In this document: piece by piece, positions 1 through 8,774 of the stretch | Numbering within the stretch: position 1 is the stretch's first letter | Layout of the letters: each line of letters opens with the position of its first letter | The notes under the pieces: model-generated | What the model was told of the DNA's origin: nothing | The model's input: only the letters and a program-made list of their open reading frames with translations | Database searches by the model: none | Made by a program: the position numbers and the translations under genes | DNA from: Chthoniobacteraceae bacterium | GTDB taxonomy: Bacteria; Verrucomicrobiota; Verrucomicrobiia; Chthoniobacterales; Chthoniobacteraceae | NCBI GenBank assembly: GCA_031409655.1 | Contig: JANNXQ010000274.1 | Span: 1 to 50,929 of the forward strand | Direction: 5' to 3' | DNA length: 50,929 nucleotides

Positions 1-247
1 CTCACCCTCCAACCGCGGCCTGCGTGAGTGCCTAATGCACCACGATACTGATTCCCCAATAATCCGCCACACCGCGTCTCCATCCGAGACAAGACTGGAA
101 CCGCGGCCGTCACTCCTTATGAAAATGCGCGAGGGTGCGAAGAGCGTGACAATCGCCAGATTCGGCCACGCCTCATGAATGAAGCGTGCGAAACTACTTT
201 CCAAACCTCGCGGTCTAATTGACCGCATCCGCAACCGCGAGACCCGC

Positions 248-430
248 CTACGCGGTCGCGATCGTCAGCACCTGGCGTCCGCCGTAGTAGCCGCACGACG
301 GGCAGGCCGTGTGCCCGGGGATCGCGCTTCCGCACTGACCGCACTTGTTGAGCTTGGCGGCGTGAAAGCGGTTGGCAGCTTTGCGCGTGCGCAGCCGCAT
401 CTTGGACATCTTGCGTTTTGGGACTCCCAT
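248..430 (-). CDS. rpmF: 50S ribosomal protein L32
   Basis: MGVPKRKMSKMR N-terminus, CxxC...CxxCGYY zinc motif, 60 aa, downstream of yceD. Confidence 0.97.
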   Translation of the reverse strand: MGVPKRKMSKMRLRTRKAANRFHAAKLNKCGQCGSAIPGHTACPSCGYYGGRQVLTIATA

Positions 431-440
431 ATCGGTATCG

Positions 441-905
441 TTATTTCAATTTAAGCTGGTCGAGCGCACCCCACACTTTCTCGGATTTCGACTCGAGAGT
501 TTCGTCGGCGGACGTTCCCAGACTCGCAGGGATCGTCGCACCTTGGCAGACTCTCTCGCCGTTCCAGTCGCAGTGCGGATGGGGCGGAAGGGCTAGCAAA
601 ATGTCTTCCCTCACTGGGTCTGTCAAGTCCACCGTCTCCGAACCCGTGAGATCGGTCTGACAGGCGAAATCGGCGACCTCGAGTGGAAAGTGAAAACGCT
701 CGAGACAGGCCACGCACTGGAGATCCAGATCGACTCCCACGGTGCCAGTGGCGAAAAGCCCGCCATCGCTCAGCCCGACATCGAGCGAGAAATGGACGTC
801 GCCGGCGGGTTGGACGAGCGGATCGCGCAGGTCGAGCATCTTGCGGTCTTCGGTGCCTTCCACGTGGAGCCCCTCGGGTGGGATCTGATTGATGTGAACT
901 TTCAT
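441..905 (-). CDS. yceD: YceD/DUF177 family protein
   Basis: CxxCL motif and DLTDPVREDILLALP..C...C.G motif; conserved position upstream of rpmF. Confidence 0.9.
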   Translation of the reverse strand: MKVHINQIPPEGLHVEGTEDRKMLDLRDPLVQPAGDVHFSLDVGLSDGGLFATGTVGVDLDLQCVACLERFHFPLEVADFACQTDLTGSETVDLTDPVREDILLALPPHPHCDWNGERVCQGATIPASLGTSADETLESKSEKVWGALDQLKLK

Positions 906-970
906 AATGGTTTCGCTCCGGGGAGGGCTGCTGACTTTTCCTGCTGCTGCCTCCGCCCAGCTTCAGAAAG

Positions 971-1462
971 CTAGGTGGAGGTGTTTTTCGCGAACTTCTT
1001 CCGCAAGGCTTGGAACACGGACTTTGGCACAAAGGCCTCCACATTTCCACCATGCCGCGCAATCTCCCGGACAATGCGCGAACTGAGGTACACGTAATCC
1101 TCGCGGGGCATGAGGAAGATGGTCTCGATCTGCGGATCGAGTTTGCGGTTCATCAGCGCCATCTGGAACTCGAACTCGAAGTCACTCACGGCCCGGAGCC
1201 CTCTGATCACCGCATCAGCCGCCTCGTTGCGGGCGAATTCAACGAGCAAGCCATCGAAGCACGCCACCCGCACATTGCTGATCCCGCTCACGGCATCGCC
1301 CAGAAAAGCGACGCGTTCGGCCACGGAAAAAAAGCCGGCTTTCTGTTCGTTATGCGCGACGGCGACGATGACTTCGTCGAAAATTCTCCCGGCGCGATGG
1401 ATGACGTCGAGGTGACCGTTTGTGACGGGATCGAAACTGCCGGGATAGATCGCGCGTCTCAT
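971..1462 (-). CDS. coaD: Phosphopantetheine adenylyltransferase
   Basis: AIYPGSFDPVTNGH, IRGLRAVSDFEFE and SSRIVREIA motifs; start reassigned to ATG at 1462. Confidence 0.97.
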   Translation of the reverse strand: MRRAIYPGSFDPVTNGHLDVIHRAGRIFDEVIVAVAHNEQKAGFFSVAERVAFLGDAVSGISNVRVACFDGLLVEFARNEAADAVIRGLRAVSDFEFEFQMALMNRKLDPQIETIFLMPREDYVYLSSRIVREIARHGGNVEAFVPKSVFQALRKKFAKNTST

Positions 1463-1664
1463 GGGCGCCTTTGTAACGTCCTGCGAACCCAACCGCCAAG
1501 CGGGTTTGTCGCTGAAAGGGATGCCGGCTCTGCGAAAGGTCGTGCCGGAAAGGGCGGCAGCGGAAGTCGCGGACAAGCAGAGGGGTGCGCCACGGGCGGC
1601 AGTGGAAAGCAAAAGGGCGCGGATTTCTCCGCGCCCCTTTAAAGTGGGAAGTATTTGCGCCGCT

Positions 1665-3119
1665 TTACACCGTGTAGGTGCTCGAGGAGGTCGTGCCGCC
1701 GCGCCCGGTCCAGTTCGTGTGGAAGAACTCGCCGCGGGCTTTGTCCACGCGTTCGTAGGTGTGGGCGCCGAAGTAGTCGCGCTGCGCCTGGAGCAAGTTG
1801 GCGGGTAGGTTCGCCGTGCGGTAGCCGTCGAAGAAGGCCAGCGCGGTGCTGAAGGCGGGCACCGGGATGCCTTTCTTCGCCGCCGTCGCCACCACGGCGC
1901 GCCAGCCTTTCTGGCAGCGCTTGATCTCGCCGCGGAAGTAATCGTCGAGGAGGAGATTGGTCAGCTTCGGATTCTTGTCGAAGGCATTCTTAATGTGTCC
2001 GAGCAGGACGCTGCGGATGATGCAGCCGCCGCGCCACATGAGCGCGATGCCGCCGTTGTTCAGGTGCCACTTATTCTCTGCCGCCGCGGCGCGCATGAGC
2101 ATGTAACCCTGCGCGTAGCTGATGATCTTCGAGGCGTAAAGGGCATCGCGGATCTGCGCGACGATGGTGGCGCGGTCGCCGCTGATCTTAGGGCGCGGGC
2201 CCTTGAGTTTCTTGGAGGCTTTCACGCGCTCGTCCTTCATCGCGGAGACGCAGCGGGAAAATACCGCCTCGGCGATCAGCGTGGCTGGCTGGCCGAGATC
2301 GGCCGCGTTGATGACGGTCCATTTGCCGGTGCCCTTCTGGCCGGCGGTGTCGAGGATCTTGTCCACGAGCGGCGTGCCGTCCTCGTCCTTCTTGGCGAGA
2401 ATGTCGCGGGTGATTTCGATGAGGTAGGAGTCGAGCACTCCAGTATTCCACTCCGTGAAAACCGTGTGCATTTCGTCCGCCGTCATGCCGAGGCCGTCGC
2501 GCATGAGCTGGTAGGCTTCGCAGATGAGCTGCATGTCGCCGTATTCGATGCCGTTATGGACCATCTTCACGTAGTGCCCCGCGCCACCTTCACCGACCCA
2601 GTCGCAGCACGGGGCGCCGTCGGCGACTTTGGCGGAGATGCCCTGGAAGATATCCTTCACATGCGGCCACGCGGCCGGCGACCCACCGGGCATGATGCTC
2701 GGTCCCTTGCGCGCGCCTTCTTCGCCACCGGAGACGCCGGTACCGACGAAAAGCAGGCCTTTGGACTCGAGATACTTCGTCCGGCGTGCGGAGTCGTCGT
2801 AGAGCGAGTTCCCGCCGTCGATGACGATGTCGCCGGGTTCGAGGAAGGGGAGGACTTGCTCGATGAATTCGTCCACCGCCTTGCCCGCTTTCACCATGAG
2901 CATGATGCGGCGGGGGCGCTTGAGCAGTCCGACCATCTCTTCGATGGATTGCGCGCCGATGACCTTCGTGCCTTTGGCCTCGTTGGCAAGGAAGTCGGTC
3001 ACTTTGGAAGTGGTGCGATTGTAGGCGACGACGGTGAACCCATGGTCGTTCATGTTCAAAATGAGGTTCTGGCCCATGACGGCCAGACCAATGAGGGCGA
3101 TGTCAGCTTTCGGTTCCAT
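1665..3119 (-). CDS. gnd: 6-phosphogluconate dehydrogenase (NADP+, decarboxylating)
   Basis: IGLAVMGQNL, GVSGGEEGA, VKMVHNGIEYGDMQ and QAQRDYFGAHTY motifs; start at ATG 3119. Confidence 0.98.
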   Translation of the reverse strand: MEPKADIALIGLAVMGQNLILNMNDHGFTVVAYNRTTSKVTDFLANEAKGTKVIGAQSIEEMVGLLKRPRRIMLMVKAGKAVDEFIEQVLPFLEPGDIVIDGGNSLYDDSARRTKYLESKGLLFVGTGVSGGEEGARKGPSIMPGGSPAAWPHVKDIFQGISAKVADGAPCCDWVGEGGAGHYVKMVHNGIEYGDMQLICEAYQLMRDGLGMTADEMHTVFTEWNTGVLDSYLIEITRDILAKKDEDGTPLVDKILDTAGQKGTGKWTVINAADLGQPATLIAEAVFSRCVSAMKDERVKASKKLKGPRPKISGDRATIVAQIRDALYASKIISYAQGYMLMRAAAAENKWHLNNGGIALMWRGGCIIRSVLLGHIKNAFDKNPKLTNLLLDDYFRGEIKRCQKGWRAVVATAAKKGIPVPAFSTALAFFDGYRTANLPANLLQAQRDYFGAHTYERVDKARGEFFHTNWTGRGGTTSSSTYTV

Positions 3120-3336
3120 AGGTGTGTATAATTTGGGAGTGCGGAGGATACAGGGGCACCCGGACGGTGCGAGCAGTTTTTGGCCGCGCTTCTGGGAACG
3201 CCGCCCTCCCGGTGCGGCCACGTGGAAAAACGCGCGCAGGGCCGCGTCCTTTGCGCACCGACGAATTGGCGCTACGCGCGATGTTCGATTGCCGCACGAG
3301 ACGGCGGCGCTCCCGGACGCGGCTTCCGAGCTGGCC

Positions 3337-4563
3337 TTAGCGGTCCTGATTGAGCGCTTCCCGCGCCTCGTCCTGCCAGGCGTCCAGGCGTTTGCCCATC
3401 CCGACTTCATTCAGGTAGCCGAGATCGATCTCCGCGATGCCCGCTTCGCCAGAGGGATCGTTGATTTCCTTTTCCAACGCATTCGCCGCGTGGACGACGC
3501 TGAGCGGACTGAGAACACGCACCCCACTCTTGGCCGGCTCGTGGTGCAGGGCGATGGCCTCGACGATCGTGACCGGGAGGCCCCAGAGGCCCAGCAGATA
3601 GGCACCAACTTCACAGTGGCTCACCCCAAAGACTTCCCGCTCCGCGTCCACGGGCGGCATTGTCCGGTCGCGAGCGATGGTCATCGCCTCCTGGTAAAGA
3701 TCCGGCAGGCTCGAGGCCAGCATCACCTTGCCGATATCGTGGAGCATTGCCGCCACGAAAATCTCGTCCGTGGTGCCGCGGTCCATCTTCTCGATCCGGG
3801 CGATCCGCTGCGCGACCATGCCCGCCGAAATACTGTGGCTCCACACCTTCTCGATCGAGAAGCCGTTGAGTTTCGATTCATCGAAGCAGGAGAAAACGTG
3901 CAACGAGAGGACCAGCGAGCGCAGTCGTCCGACGCCGAGAAATTGCACCGCCTCCACGGGATTCGTGATCCGGCGGGCGATGCCGAAGAATGCGGAATTC
4001 ACCAACTGCAGGAGCTTGGCCGTCATCCCTGGGTCCTGCTGGACGATCGCCGCGACTTCTTCGATCGAGGTGGCAGGATTCGCCAGGGCCTCATTGATCC
4101 GGAAATAAAGGGACGGCAAGCTGGGCACATTGCGGAGCTGTGAGACGAGCGTCCGGAGTTTTTCGTCACCCAGCCAGGTGTCCAGGGAGCAGACCCGCCA
4201 GATTGTCGAGCGCAGCGCCTTCAAGCCGACGGGCTTGGCGATGAACTGATGCGTCGCGCCGATGCAGCGCGCGACCTGCTCCTGATCCGCATAGCCGGAA
4301 AGGATCAGCCGCGAGGTCCTCGGGTGCCGCTTCATAACCTCGACGACCAGCTCGGCTCCGGACATCGCCGGCATCCGCATATCGGTCACCACCACGTCGA
4401 ACGGCTCAGCCGCCATCAGTTCGAGAGCGCCGGGGGCGTCCCCGACAAACTCCACGTCCCACTCTTTATCCTCCTTTTCGAAGGCGATCCGATAGAGGTC
4501 GAGGAGGGCGGACTCGTCGTCAACGAAGAGGACGCGTTTGGCCGGGGCGGGGATAGTGGACAT
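3337..4563 (-). CDS. Response regulator with REC and HDOD domains
   Basis: RVLFVDD, VVTDMRMP and KP in the receiver domain; LPSLP, DPGMTAKLLQLVNSAFFG, LHDIGK and HH in the HDOD domain. Confidence 0.92.
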   Translation of the reverse strand: MSTIPAPAKRVLFVDDESALLDLYRIAFEKEDKEWDVEFVGDAPGALELMAAEPFDVVVTDMRMPAMSGAELVVEVMKRHPRTSRLILSGYADQEQVARCIGATHQFIAKPVGLKALRSTIWRVCSLDTWLGDEKLRTLVSQLRNVPSLPSLYFRINEALANPATSIEEVAAIVQQDPGMTAKLLQLVNSAFFGIARRITNPVEAVQFLGVGRLRSLVLSLHVFSCFDESKLNGFSIEKVWSHSISAGMVAQRIARIEKMDRGTTDEIFVAAMLHDIGKVMLASSLPDLYQEAMTIARDRTMPPVDAEREVFGVSHCEVGAYLLGLWGLPVTIVEAIALHHEPAKSGVRVLSPLSVVHAANALEKEINDPSGEAGIAEIDLGYLNEVGMGKRLDAWQDEAREALNQDR

Positions 4564-4631
4564 GGTTACGCGACGAGGGAAGCAGCCTGCGCGCCACCCG
4601 GTGCCCCGTGAATCGGATGCCCCGTCCGCCG

Positions 4632-6797
4632 CTATTTGGCTGTGCGGCACCACTCGTGCCACATCGCCTGGTAGGCGGCCTCGATATTCCGGGCAAAGCG
4701 CGGCGCGTCCATGAGCGGCGATGCCTGCATCTGCGCGCGCATCCCGGAGCGCAGTGCGGCGAGCCGCGGGAGATCGGCCGCGAGTGTGGAGGCGAGACCC
4801 ACGTACTCGTCTTCGGAGTGTGCCACGAGTTCCGGCAGACCCGCCGCTTTTAATAAGCTGGCTCCGGCGCGCGCGACCGGACTCGCGCCGGCCAAAGTGA
4901 CGACAGGCGCACCCATCCACAACGCGTGGCAGGTGGTGGTCAGGCCATTGCAGGGGAAAGGATCGAGACAAATGTCGATGTGCTCGCAGGTCTGCAAGTA
5001 GTCGGCCATGGGTAGATGACTGATGAACTCCAATCGCTCCCGCGCGACCCCGCTGGCCTCCGCGAATGCCCGGATCCGCTCCCGGCAGCGGCCTTCTGGA
5101 CAAAGTAACATGAGCCGCGCGCCAGCGACTTTCTGCAACAACCGCATCCAGCAGCGCAACACGCCGGCACTGAAGCGGGAGAATTGGTTCAGTGCCCCGA
5201 AAGTCACCTGCCCTGCGCGCAGGGCTGGAAGAGGAGCGACTTCTGGGAAAGAGCCGATCGGTTCGTAACAGCACCACGCGTCGGGCAGTCTCCAGGGACG
5301 CTCGCTGGCTGTTGGATGATCGCCGGAAGGAGGATCCATCACGGCATCGGTCAGGCGGTAGTCGATCGTCTCGAGGCCCGTGCAGCCAGGATACGCGAGC
5401 CACGAGATCTGGATGGTAGCGGGCTTGCGGGCGAAGGCGAGCAGCCGGTTTCCAGCCGAGTGCATCGAGAGATCCACGAGGATATCCATGCCCGTCCGGC
5501 GGATCTCTTCCGCGAGGCGTTCGTCATCGGCGGCCAGCACGTCGTGCCAGCAGTCGGCCGCTGCGCGCATTCTCTCGGTGATGACGTCGGGTCGTTTGAC
5601 GCTGGCGAAGCAGTGGATTTCAAAGGCGGTGCGATCGTGCGCTTCGATCAGACCTGCGAGGAAAAAGGCGATCGGGTGGTCGCGGAGGTCCGCCGAGACG
5701 TAGCCGATCTTGAGGCACCGCCACGGATTGCGGTCCTGGCTGTGCGGCCTCCGCACCGCCCGGAGCGGGGCGGCGTGCGCCTCGTTCCATTGGACTCTTT
5801 CGGCGGGCGCGATTTTGGGGTCGCGCCCGGCGTGAAACTGCCCGCAATAGATTGCGGTGCTGTGAACGGAGGCGTCTTGCGGGCAAAGCGCGACGGCCTG
5901 TTGCAGCCGCTGGCTGGCGTCGTCGAATTCGCCCATCTGGGTGAGCGCGAGCCCGAGGTTTCCGTGCGCCGAGGCGAGTCCCGGCGCCGCATCCAACGCA
6001 GCCTGGTAACAGGCGGCGGCGGCTTCGATTTGGTGGGTATCGGCCAGGGCAACACCGAGATTGAGGTGTACTTCCGGATCGTGCGGCGTGATCACGAGCG
6101 TCGCGCGAAACGCGGCGATGGCCTCGGCGAGGCGTCCGAGGCGGTGAAAAAGGCAACCGAGATTGTACATCGCTCCCGCGTGCCCTGGCTGCCAGCGCAG
6201 GGCCATCCGGAAAGCCGACTCGGCCGCTTTTTCGTCACCGATCTCCAGCAGCACCACGCCAAGATTGCTGTGATTCGACGCGTCCTCCGGCCGAAGACGG
6301 AGCGCGCTGCGGTAGGCGTCGATCGCCTCGGAAGTCCGGCCGAGTTCCTTGAGCGCGTTGCCGAGATTTCCATGGGCGGCGGCAAAATCCGGACGCAACC
6401 GCAGAGCCTCGTGGCAGGCGGCCGCGGCCTCCGCGGGCTGTCCGGCGAGGCGGAGGGCATCGCCGAGATTCGCGTGAGCTTCGGCAAAATCGCACCTCAG
6501 CAAAAGGGCCTGCTGAAATGCCGAAATCGCCGCCGGAATCCGGCCAAGCGCGACCAGCACGGTCCCAAGATTGTTCTGCAAATCCGCGGAAGGTGCGGAA
6601 CGGACGAGAGCCCGATGCAGAAGGTCCAAGGCGCTTTGGTTCTGCCCAACCTTCTGCGCCACGATCGCGAGTAAATGCAACGCGTCGGGTTGCTCCGGGT
6701 CTGCCGCGAGCACTTGCTGGCAAAGTGCCTCGCCGTCTGCGAACCGCCCTTCCTGGAGATGCTGGAGCGCGAGTTGCAGCGCTTGCGGGATGGTCAT
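4632..6797 (-). CDS. TPR protein with GT41 (O-GlcNAc transferase/SPINDLY-like) domain, copy 1
   Basis: About 9 TPRs (NNLG/GNLG), IGYVSADLRDHP, DILVDL, ARKPA.IQ.SWLAYP and LWMGAPVVTL motifs. Confidence 0.9.
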   Translation of the reverse strand: MTIPQALQLALQHLQEGRFADGEALCQQVLAADPEQPDALHLLAIVAQKVGQNQSALDLLHRALVRSAPSADLQNNLGTVLVALGRIPAAISAFQQALLLRCDFAEAHANLGDALRLAGQPAEAAAACHEALRLRPDFAAAHGNLGNALKELGRTSEAIDAYRSALRLRPEDASNHSNLGVVLLEIGDEKAAESAFRMALRWQPGHAGAMYNLGCLFHRLGRLAEAIAAFRATLVITPHDPEVHLNLGVALADTHQIEAAAACYQAALDAAPGLASAHGNLGLALTQMGEFDDASQRLQQAVALCPQDASVHSTAIYCGQFHAGRDPKIAPAERVQWNEAHAAPLRAVRRPHSQDRNPWRCLKIGYVSADLRDHPIAFFLAGLIEAHDRTAFEIHCFASVKRPDVITERMRAAADCWHDVLAADDERLAEEIRRTGMDILVDLSMHSAGNRLLAFARKPATIQISWLAYPGCTGLETIDYRLTDAVMDPPSGDHPTASERPWRLPDAWCCYEPIGSFPEVAPLPALRAGQVTFGALNQFSRFSAGVLRCWMRLLQKVAGARLMLLCPEGRCRERIRAFAEASGVARERLEFISHLPMADYLQTCEHIDICLDPFPCNGLTTTCHALWMGAPVVTLAGASPVARAGASLLKAAGLPELVAHSEDEYVGLASTLAADLPRLAALRSGMRAQMQASPLMDAPRFARNIEAAYQAMWHEWCRTAK

Positions 6798-6808
6798 CGT
6801 GGAGGCGA

Positions 6809-8773
6809 TCAGGCGGCGGGGCTCGCACACCAGTCCCGCCAGATTCTCCGATAGGCCACTTCGACGTTGCGCGCAAAGCGCGGGGCATCCATGAGCGGCG
6901 ATGCCCGCAGGCGTTCCCGCATCCCGGAGCGCAGTTCGGCGAGACGCGGGAGATCAGCCGCGAGCGCTACGGCGATTTCCACATACTCGTCTTCCGAGTG
7001 GGCCACGAGTTCCGCAAGGCCCGCCGTCTTCAGCAGACTGGCTCCGGCGCGCGCGATGGGACTCGCGCCCGCCAAGGTCACCACCGGCGTGCCCATCCAG
7101 AGCGCGTGGCAGGTGGCCGTCAGTCCATTGGAGGGGAAGCTGTCGAGGCAGACATCGATCCCGGCGAAGCACGTCAGGTATTCGACCCAGGGACGGTGAT
7201 CCACGAATTCCACGCGGCTCGTATTTGCTCCGAAGAAGCTCAGCACTCGTTCCCGCCCGCGGCCCGGGGGATGAAGGATGAGCCAGCGTGCTTCCGGCAT
7301 CTTTTGCGCGAGCCGCGCCCAGCAGCGGAGCACGTGATCGTTGAGGCGCGAGGTCTTGCTGAACGAGCCGAAGGTCACGTGCCCGGTGCGGAGTGCGGGT
7401 AGATCGCTGACTTCGGGAAAAGGGCCGATCGGCTCGTAGCAGCACCACGCGTCGGGTAAGTGCAGCGGTCGTTCCGAACTGCCCGCGATCGTTTCTCCGG
7501 GCGGCTCCATCGTCGCGTCCGTCAGTCGGTAGTCGATCGTTTCCAATCCAGTCGTGCCGGGGTAGGCGAGCCAGGAGACCTGCACGGGCGCAGGTTTGCG
7601 GGCAAAGGTGGGGAGGCGATTCTCCGCCGAGTGCATCGAGAGATCGACGAGGATGTCGATGCCGTCGGCGCGGATTTTTTCCGCCAGCGCTTCGTGCGAA
7701 AGGGCCACCACATCGTGCCACTCGTCCACCGCGCTCCGCAGCCGCGCGGTCACCTCATCGGGCCGGACGACGCTGGCGTAGCCGTGTGTCTCCACCTGCG
7801 TGCGATCATGCGCGGCGAAAAGTCCCGCGAGGAAAAACGCCACGGGATGTTCGCGGAAATCCGGCGACACGTAGCCCACTCGCAAGCGCCGGTCGGGGTC
7901 GCGGCTGTTTGTGTGGCGAAGGATCGATGCTGCCAGTGGCCGGGCGTGGCGCTCATTCCAACGGACCTTCTCCGCAGCCAGGACGCCTGGTGCGAGATCC
8001 GGCGCGAATTGCTGGATGTAGATCAGGTTGCTGTGCAGCGAGGCGTCGTCCGGCAGCAACTCCATCGCCCGCCGATAGCTCACCGAGGCTTCCTCGAATC
8101 TCCCGAGGTAGCCGAGCGCGCACCCGAGATTGTTGTGCGCCGAGACGAGGTCGGGGTTCCATTGCAGCGCGAGTCGGAAGGCCTCGACGGCGGCTTCGTT
8201 TTCAAACCGGTCGCTCAAAACCGCGCCGAGATTATTTTGCGCGTCCCAGTATCCCGGCTGGAGCTGGAGCGCGGTGCGATACGACGCGATGGCCGCAGCG
8301 AATTGCCGGAGTCCGCGCAGTGCGTTGCCGAGGTTGTTGTGCGCGGGGGCGAAATCCGGATTCAGACTGAGCGCCGTGCGGCACGCGGCGACGGCTGATT
8401 CCGGCTGGCCGCAGAGGCAGAGCGCGTTACCGAGATTGCTGTGTACTTCAGCGTCAAACGGCTTCAGGCGCAGCGCGGCGCGGAAGGCTTCGACGGCTTC
8501 CGAAAACCGCCCGAGCGCGACGAGCGCGCAGCCGAGATTGTTCTGCGCATCGATCAGGTTCGGATTGCAGGCGGCGGCTTTTTGAAAGTGACGCAGCGCG
8601 CTCTGCATGTCGCCGGCCTGATATTCGGCGACGCCCAGGAGTTGTAGCGTGTCCGCCTGGTCTGGCACGGCTCCCAGGATGCGCTGGCAGAGCGCCGCCG
8701 CCTCGTCGAGGCGCCCGGCCTGCACGTGCACGAGCGCGAGATCGAAGGCTTGCTGGAGGGTGAGATCGGCCAC
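6809..8773 (-). CDS. TPR protein with GT41 domain, copy 2
   Basis: TPRs, RVGYVSPDFREHPV, ARKPAPVQVSWLAYPGTTG; GTG start preceded by GGAGAGG. Confidence 0.9.
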   Translation of the reverse strand: MADLTLQQAFDLALVHVQAGRLDEAAALCQRILGAVPDQADTLQLLGVAEYQAGDMQSALRHFQKAAACNPNLIDAQNNLGCALVALGRFSEAVEAFRAALRLKPFDAEVHSNLGNALCLCGQPESAVAACRTALSLNPDFAPAHNNLGNALRGLRQFAAAIASYRTALQLQPGYWDAQNNLGAVLSDRFENEAAVEAFRLALQWNPDLVSAHNNLGCALGYLGRFEEASVSYRRAMELLPDDASLHSNLIYIQQFAPDLAPGVLAAEKVRWNERHARPLAASILRHTNSRDPDRRLRVGYVSPDFREHPVAFFLAGLFAAHDRTQVETHGYASVVRPDEVTARLRSAVDEWHDVVALSHEALAEKIRADGIDILVDLSMHSAENRLPTFARKPAPVQVSWLAYPGTTGLETIDYRLTDATMEPPGETIAGSSERPLHLPDAWCCYEPIGPFPEVSDLPALRTGHVTFGSFSKTSRLNDHVLRCWARLAQKMPEARWLILHPPGRGRERVLSFFGANTSRVEFVDHRPWVEYLTCFAGIDVCLDSFPSNGLTATCHALWMGTPVVTLAGASPIARAGASLLKTAGLAELVAHSEDEYVEIAVALAADLPRLAELRSGMRERLRASPLMDAPRFARNVEVAYRRIWRDWCASPAA

Positions 8774-8774
8774 G

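Noticed and set aside
1..240. AACCGCGGCC repeated at 11 and 99 plus a small hairpin
   Set aside because: Only two 10-bp GC-rich copies at the window edge; no CRISPR, tRNA or ncRNA pattern can be supported
3337..5403. 688-aa ORF suggesting a long N-terminal extension on the response regulator (similar extensions on gnd, coaD and GT41 copy 3)
   Set aside because: Extensions overlap neighbouring genes and look like non-coding translation; internal ATGs match family starts
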